Of a DNA stretch of 64,000 nt, positions 50,901 to 63,569 are shown piece after piece. The notes under the pieces were generated by a model. The model had not been told where the DNA came from and did no database searches. It saw only the letters and a program-made list of their open reading frames with translations. The DNA comes from Lama guanicoe (taxonomy: Eukaryota). The stretch lies in NCBI GenBank assembly GCA_013239625.1, contig MU054323.1:868001-932000 (forward strand), given 5' to 3'. A program made the translations under genes and the position numbers. Within the stretch, counting starts at the first letter, position 1, and every line of letters starts with the position of its first letter.

Positions 50901-53900
50901 GCTCGTGGTGATCCAAAATCACGGTGGTTGTGGTCATTCTTCCTACTATGCCAGAGTGATGTTGGAAACCTTATTAAGAAAGAGGAAAACATTATACCAG
51001 GGACCTAGGGACAAGGGAGTTACTGAAATAGAGTCCCACAGTTAACTTTAAAGTCAAAACAAAACAAATTTAAAAAAAAATAAGCCCAGTAAAGAGTGAG
51101 CACTGCATTTTACAAGGTTCTGATGGCAAAGCTATGCCCACCCTCCCCGATTCGTCTGTTAGAAGAGTTGATCATCTTGGCAGGAAAGTGAACTTGAACT
51201 TCTGGGAGTAAAGCCCGTCTTCGGCAGCACGTGCCCACGTAGTTCCTGGCTGTATGTCGTCTGGGCTGGTGTCTCGACCTTCACGGCACGACGCTTCTCA
51301 GCACCTCCAGGCTGCCCTCTGGCCCAGCCGGCACCACCTGGTACCCGGGCGGGTTCCATCAGCCTCAGTCTCCCAAGGGCTCACTCTGCCTTCACCCTGA
51401 CCTTCCGTGTCCCTTCTGTGCCCGGGGTCTGAGTAGGAGCCCAGCTCCTCCCAGCAGCCTCTAGGGCCCATTGTGATGTGACTCCAGGGACCTCTTGGAC
51501 TTGACTCTTTTCCTCCTGGTTCCCTCCTGCGTTCCTGCCAGGCTCTGCCTGCAGGAAGGATGCTGAGCCTCTAGGGTGGATTTTGGGCCCGGGTTTCGCA
51601 TCAGCAGGGGTAATTTCCCCCCTCTCTTTCTTCTCCCTAGCCTTTCCGTCCCTTTTCCTCCTCTACTGTCTTTTATTTTTATTCTTCAGTTACTGAACAA
51701 CTGATCGTGTTTCTCAAACAAGATGGAGGTTGGTTCCATTGGTAAAACAAATAGGTCACATGCATTTAGCCCTCAGTACAAAGCGAATTACATAAACAAG
51801 ACTGAAAGAGAGTCTTATGAAAAGGTTACAGCTTGTCAAAAATAGTCTCTAAACACCTCAACTACAAACTTTATGTTTTTATTTCCAGGAACTTGCTGCA
51901 AGGCTAGAGATCTTTAACTACCTCAATAAAAAGTTCCATGTTGGTGGGGACATTTTATTGACAAATATATATATGGTCATGTAGTTATTATTAAATTAGA
52001 TTTAAGAAAAAAAAAACTTCTGCTTGAAGATTATTAAAATCTTAGTCCAATTGAAATTTACCAGAAAATTACATAAACATTTCACCAAGATTTCTAATTT
52101 CTTTTCAGAATAAGGTTGTAAATAACTTCATATAAAAACATTCTTTTCCAGACCAGATTTAGTGTCATTTTTCCTACTCAATGCTTTGGGTAGAATAGCT
52201 CAAAGCAAATTTGGCCAAAATTCTGATCATCATCTTGCGACAAATTCCCCAGATTGAAAAAGCCAGTACTGACTCTGAATCAGACGTTAATTTGTTCACG
52301 ATGTGCACACAGGGCAACCACCCCAGGTCCAAGAGTCTTCAGTTAGATGCTCCACAGAAAGGACAGCAAAGCTCTGTCACGGCCGAGGGAGACAGCCATC
52401 CGCCCTCAGGCCCCTTGGGAGAGGCCGCCATCTTGTCATGCGTAATCATTCCAGAACAGCGGTGATCCTGGGTGACTGACTCTGCCCTAAATATTCTGAT
52501 GAGTCCCTTGAGCGGTGGTAGTAGGCTGGGCTCTCCTTCAGGCCATGGTTATCTTTTAACCTAGATTTTCTAGCTATTCGAACAGAAAATTTTATTAAAT
52601 AGCACTTGGAAATTTCTAATTATTGTAAAAATGGGAAAACCATTTACATTATGAAATCTACAAAATGAAATTCTTTTCTTACCACTAGGACACACTGAGT
52701 GAAAAAAATGGATGATCTCAAAATATCATAGATCATTTCTTTCTAGTATTTTATGCTTTTGTAAAGTAAATACAGTTTTATCTGTATTTAATTTTTTACA
52801 CTTATCTGCACAAAAATTAACTTCTTAATTTGCTTAAAAATTTAAAAATAGTTATATCCAAAGACTTCTCTCTTGTTAAAATAAAAAGCTTACTCTTCAT
52901 AAAGCTTATTTTTCTGTTTCATTAAAAGATAAACAGTACAAGGATTTTAAAAAATCTAATAGAACAAAAAGATTTGTAGTATCAAGTAGACTTCGCTCCC
53001 AGTCTAGACCCCCAGTCCTCCTTCCTGCTATGGTGAAGAGTGTAGAGATGCTGAACAAGACGCTAAAATGAGGTCTTCGTCAAAGTCAGCAGAGGCCCCA
53101 AGCTGAGAGCAGCATCTCAGGGGTGGAGCCCCGCCCTACCTAAAGCCAGGCGTGAGGTCTCCTGCCCGGGCGGGGCTCGCTAAGCGTTTGCAGACTGAGT
53201 CTGCCGGGCAGGCAAGCGCTCTCAGAAGAGCTGAGAGGTGGAGTCGCCGGGAGGCTGTGAACGTGTCCCTCCCTGCTTGTCCCAGCAAGAGGAAGGGAAG
53301 TACTCTTCCCTCACCTCAGTGAGAGAGGCTTCACCTTCAAGGTCTGCTTGGGGAGCTGTATTTGTGCCCTGGGAGACTGAGGGGCAGAGGTCACTGAATC
53401 GGAAACACGCCTGAGAAATGCACTAGCAACTTAATAGTCTGCGCTGGAAGCAGGAGAGCTGAGGAGGCAGGGCTGCCCTGGGCACAGGCTGCTCTCCCGC
53501 CCCTGCTGGACTCAGACAGGTGACTTTTCCCAGAGAGCAGTGGACCCATGGGATGGAGAAGTTGGGGTCCTCTGGGAGAGCTACATTCCGGGAGAATGCC
53601 AGGAGGTGGAGGCAAGGGTGATGTGACCCGGCAGAGTGGTGGACCCCCCACGCCCAGGGAGGGGAGGCACCTCCATGCCAAGGGAACAACAGGCGGAGGC
53701 ACAGACGTGCGTGTACGCCCATCACGGCCCTGCTTTACCCGTCCGGGCCCCTAAGCCTGGCCAGGTCTGCACAGGGGCACCACGATTTATCAAAGTTATA
53801 TATACACATAATTAAGGTTTTCATTCATACTCTGGGTGAGTCTTTTTAACGGTCAAAATGAGCCTGTTATGTGTGCAAGTGGCCTGAGGACACGTCCTTC

Positions 53901-55456
53901 TGAGAGTGTGACTGGAAAGCTTTGTGATCTGCCCGAGTTTGCATCTGGGGGCAGGGAAAGACCTAGCCCACCGGGCAGGTGGGAGGGACAATGGAGAGAA
54001 AAAAAACTGCCCGCTTATCCTTCGGGTTCTGCCTATTTAATCATACAGGTATGCCTGTTCCTTTTTATCCTTTCAGAAATATTGATGGCAAACACCAGTG
54101 TGTGAGAGAGCGGGAGAGGAAAGGGTCTACACTCCATCCCTGGCCCTGGCCCTCTTCCAGCCGTGTGCTTTGTCCTGCTCATGCCGGGGTGGGGGCAGGG
54201 GATCAGGAAGCATCTGCAGTTTCAGGTTTGTCATCGGAGCAGAGGCAGCTGGTTTGTGGATGTGGAACTCGGGAGGGGGAGAGGGATGGGGAGAGGGGGT
54301 TATGCGGACACACAGGCGACTTGTTTCAGGCCTGGCTTATGTTATCTCCCCTGGCGTCTGAGGTGCCCTGGAGAGACTGGTGTGAACACTCGATCTGATC
54401 TCACCTGGGGGCACAGGGTGGGCTTCCCTCTGACCTCCGCCCGCATCTGCTCCGCGTGTCTTCTATGCAGGCAGCGGAATCCTGGAACATCCAACTGCCA
54501 TTTCACTTGGGAACCGGGGGAACTTCCGGTTCATCACTGCTCATTCCTGCTTGGAAGGTGCCGTCCCTCTCCTGTGAGCCTTTGCCCAATCCTGGCGGCA
54601 CCCACGTGGGTCAGCAGACATGGCAGCCTAGAAAAGTCCAGGCCCAACCAGACGCCTCTCTGCCCTTCACGCAGGCACATCCGCACGTCGTGGGTGACTG
54701 CTCGGTTGTGTCCGGCTCCCTGCAGCACGGTCTCCCTTCCGTCTGCTTACCGTCAGGACTCTGGGTGGGGATGGTGGCTGAGAAACAAAGAACAGTCTCA
54801 GGTTGCTATTAGGAGTGAGCGTTTGCCATCACCCTGTGTTAGGCAGACAGACGGCTGCGAGAGTTGCTACACACACTTAACTCAGTTACATTAAAGTCAT
54901 ATAAACTCTTTGCCCAAGCAATTCCACATTTAAGGATTTACACTCCGCATAAACTGGAGCTGGTGAATACCGTTATTGACAAGGATGTTTATAGAAACAG
55001 GAGACTGGAAACAACCATTTTTTTAAAGTGCTGGGTTGAATAATGATGTAATATCCGTGCAGTAGAATATTCTATGGGCATCAACAGGACTAAAGCAGGA
55101 CGGAAAGTCCTGCTGGGTAATTGTCTCTATGATGAAAAGTGAATAAAATTCAAGTATTCAGGTACTGCATAGCAGCCCCAAACACATGCCACAGTCTGAC
55201 CTTAGTGGGACTCAGTTATGTGGTTTCCTATGTTTGATGTATTCAAATAGGAATAGAATGAAGACTTTTGTCCTCAGATTTTTGGTATGCATTCTAATCA
55301 TTTCTTTAGGATAGTCCTGGCATTAGAACATTTGGATCATAAAGCGTACATATTTACTATTTAAACACACATCACCAAACAGCTCTCCAAAGGAGTGTGC
55401 ATATCTGCGATTTTATTGGTGGCGCATGAGCGGGTCTCTCTCACCAGATCCTTTCC

Positions 55457-56040
55457 TGTGGTGGACAGACTTCAAAGGAGGCCCCCCGTCATCCTCATCT
55501 TCTTGCACCTGCCTTGTGTAATCCCTTCCCCCGGGTGTAGGCTGGGCCTAGTAATCTGCTTCTAAGGGACAGAAAAAGGCCAAAGGGAAGGGTGTCACTC
55601 CCATGATACGCTATGTGGCATGGCTGTGACTTTGTCTTGCTAGGACTCTCTCTCTTGCTGGCACTTCCTCGTGCCTTCTCAGCTTGCTTTGATGAAACAA
55701 GCTGCCATTTGGAGCATCTCACCTGCCAAGGAACTGAGGGCGACCTCCAGCTGACAGCTAGTAAGGAACTGAGAGCCTCAGCCTGCGTCCACAAGGCACG
55801 AAATCCTGCCAAACATCACATGAGTGAGATTGGATGTGGACCCCGCGGTTGAACTTCTGGATGAACTGCAGACACAGCTGACACCTGGGTTGCAGTCTTG
55901 AGAAAGAGCCTGAAGCAGGGGCCTCAGCTAAGCCAGGCCTGGACTCCTGGCCAACAGAACCCGTGAGAGAATAAATGTGGGTTGTTTTAAGCCTCTAAGT
56001 TTTGGGTTAATTTGTTATGAGCCAGTACATAACTAATGCG
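55457..56040 (+). mobile_element. MaLR solo LTR (MLT1F-like), near full length
   Basis: tgtggtggacagact...tgtgtaatcccttcccc...caaggaactgagggcgacctccagc...ataaatgtgggttgttttaagcctctaagttttgggttaatttgttatg...taactaat. Confidence 0.88.
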
Positions 56041-57652
56041 CTTTTACAACTTATTATTTTAGGCAAGTTATTTCCACCTTGCAGCTTCTCTAATAAGCCT
56101 AATAAATCCTTCTGTCTGCATGAAATAACACGGAAACGAAAAACACTCCCATTTCCTCAAATGAGAAACGCAAGTGCTGACTCCATGTGATCTTCTGTCG
56201 CACGGCCCCTGCTTCAACCCACTTACTTGGCTGCTTATGTGGACCTTTGCTTCTGCTACTCCTCCCACTTGGACATCTTCCCTTCTCTGTGTGCTTTACT
56301 CAGCTCATTCATTCAGCACTGACTTGTACCCCTAGTGTGAGCTGGACACCATGGAGGAAAAATAAATACAGAGATTCAGTGGACTCATCTCATGCCCTCA
56401 AGAAGCTCCTTGCTGCCTTCCTGTCATCTCTCAGACCGTGCCTTCTTTTTGGAAACCCCTTCTCACTTCATTCCGACTTTCCAAATTGTATTCATGTTTC
56501 AAAACCCCATGTCCCCACAAAGTCCTCTTTCCCCAGCTCGACCCTTTGGTGCCCATCCTTCTACAAACAGGGACACCAGAAGCAGACACATATCCAAGTT
56601 CAATTTTATCAACTTTCTGTGAGTTAGCCTCTGACTCTGTAAGATGTCTGAACCCCAGTCAGCTGCGACCGGAGCATGAGTCAAAGGAAGTTCCAATCTC
56701 TAAGAGAAGGAGGTGACCCTCAGGCAGGCTTGTTATCAAATGCTCTGAGATGACACCGAAAGGTTATGCAATTAGCATTTTGTCTTATGACCAAGGTTTG
56801 GAAGTATACTTAAAACATTTTAGTTCTTAATTGTACTTAGTTTTATAAAACTAAAAGTCTTCCAATGAATATTAACTTGGAACTGGACATTAAACATTTA
56901 ATGGTAGATTAAATGAGAACTGTCTGACCCTAGCCAAACAGAATTAATTTTTAAAAAGTTTGGAAATCTAATTAGTTATCATACTTAGGCCCCGTGAGGC
57001 CACCTGTGATGTGTAACTGACACTGCCAGGTGTCCTGCTGGTGGCTTGAATCAATTAGTGATCTTTATTGGAGCTGGATATAATTAATTACACAACTTTG
57101 AAGTGTTCAAGTCTAATTTCACTAAAATTACATCATGAAAACTGGGGCATTTGCAGGATTTCTGACAGAAGGGAAACAAGTGTGAATAATTACTCAATGT
57201 TGAAGTCATGGCATGCATTCATACAACGGGATTGCATCCCGCTAGTGTGCTGTTGTCAGTGATGGAAGTGCCCTGGGTTTGCACACTTATGGATGGCTGA
57301 ACAGGTGCTCGCCATTAAAGAACCTGTGTGTTATTGATCTAAATGAAAAGTCTACTATGGGACCATGTGCATAAATGTTAGCTGCTCAGAGCAAATGAGC
57401 TGATTGTCTGTTCATTAGGATGAAGCCATTGCAACCCACCTCTGGAAAGTGGTGGGTTATCTGGGGTCTTAGCTGCCATAAGAGACTAGATTTGACATAT
57501 ACAAAAACTTGGGACATAAAGTAACTGGAAACTGAAGCTGACTTTTGACTAAGGTCTCCCCTTCTAGTCTCCCTATAGTGCTGAATGAATGGCTGTCTTA
57601 AGTTACATCTGAGACAAAATACCAAGAAAATCCAATAGAGTTTCTCTGTGTC

Positions 57653-58147
57653 TGTGTCAGCAATCCATTGCCACAATCATGCTGTGTAACAAACCACCCC
57701 GTAGGTCAGTGTCTTAAAATGACACCCCCTTCTTACTGCTCAGGAATCTATGGATTGGTGGAGTGGTTTGGTTCTGCTGATCCTGGTGAGCTTGACTGGG
57801 CAGTCCTTCTGGTTTAAACTAAGGCTCACTCTGGAGCGTGGTGAGTTATTGGTAAATTACTGGCTGAATCTAGAATGGCCTTGGCTTAACCACCTCTATT
57901 CCACAAGAATGGTCTTATGATGATCTTGGAGGCGAGGGGTTGGAGGGACAAGCTATAAGTCCTTTTGGGGCCAGGTACGTAAATGACCCAGCTTTACTTC
58001 TCCCCCATTCTATTGACCGGAGCAGGACAAAGCCCAGCGCAGATTCAAGGGGTGGGAAATTAGAATCTACCTCTAGATGGAAGGACCCAAAAAGGCGTAA
58101 CACAAAGGAAGAGTAAATTGGAGTCGTTCCCCAGTCAGTGTATCACA
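57653..58147 (-). mobile_element. MaLR solo LTR (MLT1H/I/J-like)
   Basis: attgccacaatcatgctgtgtaacaaaccacccc...cattctattgacc...cccagcgcagattcaaggggtgggaaattagaatctacctctagatgg. Confidence 0.8.
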
Positions 58148-58194
58148 GCATCCAAAATGGACGAACACAGTCATGCTTGCATTCAGCAAATACA

Positions 58195-58336
58195 CAGTCA
58201 ACTCTTGTTACTCACAGCAGAGCGATGTTCTGTGAAGTCACCACCAACACTGACTTGGTGAATGTTGAATGATTGCTCCAAAGGGAAACAAGGGGTTAGG
58301 TTCCTGTGAGCCTCAGATCACAGTATTTTCATCACC
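58195..58336. mobile_element. MER82-like Tigger-family end fragment
   Basis: cagtcaactcttgttactcac...atgttctgtgaagtcaccaccaacactga...ggggttaggttcctgtgagcctc. Confidence 0.7.
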
Positions 58337-58719
58337 TCAAATGCCATTTGCGTTATCCAGGTTTGTTTGCCAACTTCCTTATGTAACAAGCCAGTCTCAT
58401 CAGCATTAAAAATATACTCTTCCACACAAAACCCTTTTCTTGTATAATACTTGGGAAAATTCTTCTGCAGCCTCTGATCTTCAGGACTTACCTTGCCTAG
58501 GGTGTGATCTCCCGTGCAGCCATGCTCTCTTGGCCTATTAAGGTGTGAAAAGAAAATGTTAGAGCTTCTAATTACCTATTTTTCTCTCATCTGTTACTTA
58601 AAAATGGTGTAGCATCACCACAGCAATTGCCTTGCTCTAGTCACTCTAGTTTCTCACCTGGGAAAATGCAAAGGCCCCCTTCCTAGGCTCTGCCTCTGCC
58701 CTTGCCCCTTGCCCTGCAA

Positions 58720-59290
58720 GACTAGTCTCTTCTCAGCGGCTGCGATGACACTTTTAAATGTCAGTGAGATCAAGTCACACCTTTTTCAAAACCTTCCAAT
58801 GAATTCTCATCTCAACAAAAGCCACAGTCCTTTAGGCCGTTGCGAGGTTCCTTTCTGATTTCTTCTCCTCTAACCCTCGGTGGCTGACTGCACTCCAGCC
58901 ACAGGGGCACCTCTGCTCCACAAACATGCAGGAACCCTGCTGCCTCAGGACCTTGGTACTGGCTGTTCCTTCTGGCCAGAGTGCCTGAAACCCAGACACC
59001 AACATGCCCAACCCCTTCACCTTCTTCAGTTCATGTTTAAATCTCATCTCAACCTGCCCCCATTACCCCTCACCCTCAAACCCCTTTATGCAAGTTGTTT
59101 TTTCTCCCATAGCACTTACTACCTTCTAACATACTGTATAATTTTCTTATTGATTTAGTTTGTTGATTATTATCTGATTACATGAGGGAAGGTATTTTTG
59201 TCTTTTTTATTTACAGAAATACCCCAAATGCCCAGAACAGTGCACATAACAGGAACTTGATATATACTGGGAAATGGATTGAATGAATGG
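58720..59290 (+). mobile_element. LINE-2 (L2a-like) 3' end
   Basis: tcaaaaccttccaatg...tgctgcctcaggaccttggtactggctgttccttctg...catagcacttact...cccagaacagtgc...gaatgaatg terminus. Confidence 0.85.
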
Positions 59291-59432
59291 CTGTATTTTA
59301 TGTAAAGTTCACATTATATTACTGATGCTATAATGTATATAACTTAACAATAAATAGCCGTATATTGGGGAAGATGCTCAAGGAGTACTGGAGAAAGGCG
59401 TTTAATGAACCCTTTTAATGTGTCTCTAACTG

Positions 59433-59451
59433 TGTCCAGGAGATGGCGCTC
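59433..59451 (+). promoter_or_regulatory. CTCF-like motif
   Basis: TGTCCAGGAGATGGCGCTC; one core deviation from CCASYAGRKGGCRS. Confidence 0.45.
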
Positions 59452-60270
59452 ATTCACAACAAGTCTCCAATAGCAGGCCCAAGAGCTTGAATCTCCTGTT
59501 CCCGGTGCTCAAAGAATCCTGCTACGCGGCCACGTGAGTAATTGTCCACCACCCTGGTACCAAGGTGAGACACAGCCATCCTAGGACTTGGATAGAGTGT
59601 CCCTGAAATTCCTAACCAGTGAGGAAGGACTGGAGCGCGCTGCTTTGCAGACAGCGGCCCCGTGTGTCCAGGCCCTGGGGTGCTGGCCCATGAGGCCAGA
59701 GGCGTGACAGGGTCAGGGTGTGCCTGTGGGGGCCCTCAGAGCCCCCTCCCACTGGCATCCTCCTGCCCCTGCAGTGCCAGGACTCTCCCGGCAGACGAGG
59801 CCCACCCCCGTGCAGTGGCTCCTGGTCTCACTCAGAGCAGGTTATGAACCCGGCACCGGGAGGGGCCCCACATGTACCTGGTTGATTCCCCTCGACAGTC
59901 TGGGAGGAGGGGATGCAGAGTCCATTCTACAAAGGAGGAAACAAAGCCTCCAGAAGCTGTGAAGCAATGCAAACAGAACATCTCTGTGCGGCTCTCCCTG
60001 CACATGGGAGTCCAAGGAGCTGAGAACTCGGCTGTGGGTGAGCTCTGGTTCCCGGCCTTCCAGGAGTTCACCGTCCAGTTAGAGAGTGGGGCATGCGTGT
60101 GCACACACACACACACACACTCTATTCTGAGCAGACTGTAATACATGCCAACACAGAGGCATGAAGAACCTGTCAAAGGGGCCTCCCTTCAGCACTTACA
60201 GGCTTCCACGTTGCTTTGCTATTAGAGAGAAATGCTTGTTTCCAGCAACTCATGAGGGATTTTTCCACAG

Positions 60271-60416
60271 CAGTGCTTCTCCAACTTTATTTGGGATCTC
60301 GTTAAAAAGGGAGAGTCTGCTCCAGTAGGTCTGGAGTGGGGCCTGGGACTCTGAATTCCTGGTGGCTTGTCAGGTGATGCGATGCCGCTGGTTCCGAGAT
60401 CCCACTGAGGAGCAAG
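60271..60416. mobile_element. MER5A hAT MITE
   Basis: cagtgcttctccaactt...cagtaggtctggagtggggcctggga...caggtgatgcgatgccgctggttcc. Confidence 0.8.
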
Positions 60417-60444
60417 AGTCTGGAGGAGACGTTCGCCCATGACC

Positions 60445-60573
60445 TAAGAGTTGTTCTTAAATTTTTAAAAAGCTATGGGAAAAAAAAAGATTATGCAACA
60501 GATCATTTGAGGCCCTAAAAACCTAAGATATTTACTATCTGATCCTTTGCAGAAAATGTCTGCAGATTCTGGG
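60445..60573. mobile_element. MER58-like hAT fragment
   Basis: ggccctaaaaacctaagatatttactatctgatcctttgcagaaaa. Confidence 0.7.
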
Positions 60574-61737
60574 ACTAAAGTTACTTCTACTGCCCTCGTT
60601 TCTGAATTCCACCCGAAGAACAAGTTCTCTTACAGATGGTTTGGAAGAGAAAACCAGGCTCACTCAGCCTCACCCCGTCTCCCCCCGGCCCTTTGGCTGC
60701 AGGAAGCCTGTATTCCAGGGGGCTGCGTGTTGGGGTCTCCCCTGTGCGGGGTCGGGCCTGTGGCAGTCCAGCCAAGGCAGTGATGAGGGAAAGGAGGGGT
60801 GGAGTGAGACCATGTTCTGGCACATCTTAGCCGAACTCTCCAAACCACTTTGTCAGCAGTCAAGGTGACAGACTGGCCTCTGCTGCATCCTTCCGTCTGT
60901 ATCCTGGGGGTTCTGAGATTAAGGTTGAAGGCTACTTCTGGAGCTCCCCTCCCATTTCCTCCATGCATTCCCTCTATGTATCCGTCTCCTTGCTGAACTC
61001 GGGCTGGCGTTTCACACCTGCTGATGGATTCATGCAACGCCTGGGGTCAACATTCCTGTGCTACCAAGTGACTCTGTGTCTGTCCCTGTCACCGAGCGAT
61101 TGTCATATCAGAGGCCTCATTACAAGTCAGAGTCGGCCTCTGGGCCCGCCCTGACAGCAAGCCCCTCTGCAGAGCAGCTGTCAGCCACTCTGCAGCAGTG
61201 GCCCGAATCACAGAAAGGGGGCCTGATTTGACAAAGGCAGCGGCCGTGTAAGTTTTGCTCTCGGAGGTGTAACCATGGTAATGAGATCAGATGAAAACCT
61301 GTTCCTTAATGCAGGCGACACTCAAATGCACATGGTAGCTCGGGGTAGTGGGGATGGGGTTTAATTTTAGATTCGGAGCTTTGCTTCAGGGGACAAAGAA
61401 CATTAGAACAGGGCCTGTCACAGACCTTCTGCAGCCCCTGCACCTTCCCGGAGCACACATCCTCTTGCAGGCAGAGTCTACCCATCAGCTGTGGCATTTG
61501 CTTTGTCTGTGACATTCTTCTACCGGCTGCAGCTACGGTGACAGGGATGTGCCGTTAGAAAGTTGTTCTGTGGTGGCCATTTGCAGGAGCAATAAGAGAA
61601 CTGAGCTCCAGAGGATGCAGCTGCTCTGATCATTCTGTGTTCAAACTAGCTCTCAAAGTTCTCACCATAATCCCAGGACAGGTGACATTATTACCCTCAC
61701 TACATAGTTGAGGAGAGTGAGGAGCAGAGGTGACGTG

Positions 61738-61821
61738 ACATTGGAGAAGAGCCCTGGCTGAGAGCCTGAACTCTTCCATCACATTGGAGAAGAGCCCTGG
61801 CTGAGAGCCTGAACTCTTCCA
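61738..61821. repeat. Perfect 41-bp direct duplication (period 43)
   Basis: ACATTGGAGAAGAGCCCTGGCTGAGAGCCTGAACTCTTCCA at 61738-61778 and 61781-61821. Confidence 0.97.
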
Positions 61822-63569
61822 GGACAAGGGTTCCTTGGCAGTTTTGTGGGGAGACCTTAGGGATAGTTAAGTCCATGCCATTGTGCAGGCATCCGGAAAG
61901 GCCAGTCTGTGCTCCCTGGAAACACGAGGCTATCGGCTACGATCTCCGAGTGCAGGCGTGCATCCTCCCAGAGTTCCAGGGCTGGAGGAGAGGCGGTGAG
62001 AAACTTGATCCCTAACAGAGGTAGGAGCTGGTATAAGGCCAGTCTCACTCCTCTGAAAGCAAATTTCCGGTATATATAAAGAGCCGTCAAACATCCATAT
62101 GAATTAATCCACTAATTTGGTTTTTATGAATCAGCCTAAAAAAAATAATCGAAGATAAGAAGTTTTTTTTCCTAACAATATGGCCATCACTGCTTTATTT
62201 ATACAGGAACTTCTGAAAGAGCCTACATAGTCAAGAATTCAGGATTGATTGAGTAAACATATCCATGAAGTAGAATGATATACAGCCAAAGATCTTATTT
62301 TTAAGAAATTTTTAGTGATGAGGGGAGATATTTGTGATATAATACTATATAGAAAAATCAAGAAATAAGATTGTGTACAGCATGAACTCATCAACTTGTG
62401 TATGGCTATTTTATATAAATGATTGAGGAAATGAACAGCATATTTCAAAGAGATGGAATTTAGAGGGCATTTTAATTTCCTTCTCTTTATTTTCCTAACC
62501 TCTACCATAACAAAACTTTTGTAAAGTTTACAAAACTTGTGTAAAACAACAATTCTGTTAATGAAAGAAATAATAATCATCATAGTAAAAGAATTGTTTC
62601 TGTTTATTAAGTGCGTCTAATGTGCTTGGCAATAATAAGAAAGCAATTTGCCTGTATTTCCTTGCAAAGTCCAGCAAGGTAGGTTTTATCAAAAAGGAAA
62701 CTGAGACTGAGAAGTTAATTGACTTCACTAAGATATGCTCACTAAACAAATTACTAAAGCCAACAACTTATAAGCGTTTGCAGCATGCTCAAGAAATGAG
62801 GTGTAGTCTGTTCAGCTGCAGGAGAGGGTGGAGGGACTCATTGGAGATGAGGACCCAAAGTGGGGTGGGGCCGGATCCCGGAGACCCTTGAATGCCACGC
62901 TAAGGAGGGAGAGTCTGTCCTAGGGGCAATGTGAAAGCAGCTGTGCAGATTAAAAAGAAAGAAGGGGAAGAAGAAAAAGAGAGACGAAAGGAAGAAAGGA
63001 AGGAAAGAAGGAAAGGAAATAGTAGTGTGTGTGTATGTGTGTGTGTGTGTGATGAAGTCCCCAGGAGCAGAGCTCAGAAAGATCTACCAACGTTGCGTAA
63101 CAATTCTAGCCTTCATTAGACATTGCATTTCCACACACTGTCTCCAACATAAACATTATTGAATTTTGGAGCGTGTCCTTGGAGTTACCTTGGATGGAAA
63201 AGTAGAGGTCAGCCAGCCTTCCAGGGTGGCTGGATGTACGGAAACACAGTGAACATGGGATTCTCTTGAAAGTTCTTTCTCTGCTCCTTCCTCTTGCAGC
63301 ATCACGAAGTCACAATGCCTCTGGTGCCACAGGGTCTCCATCGTCCTGTGCGACTCATTTCACCATCTCCGCCTCTGACTCTAGGGCTGGGTCATTCCAC
63401 AGTGCTAGCTCACTCGCCATGTGCTTTCTGGTCGCTCATGAGTCCCAGCGCCCTGTGCTGCTCAGACCTGTCAGTTGGAACATCAGCCGTGTGGTCCACA
63501 ATCCCGACTGCCTGGAGCTGTGCATCAGGTTGCACAACATCCAGTTATTTTTTTTCCGTCTAGGTCTAT

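Noticed and set aside
54163..54894. Longest ORF (243 aa)
   Set aside because: Starts at GTG, has the Cys/Arg/Gly/Pro bias of GC-rich non-coding DNA, no recognisable domain, and overlapping ORFs in other frames
4311..56685. Scattered AP-1 heptamers TGA(C/G)TCA
   Set aside because: Count is close to random expectation for a 7-mer
61738..61821. Direct repeats as a CRISPR-like array
   Set aside because: Only two copies with a 2-bp spacer, in mammalian DNA with no cas genes
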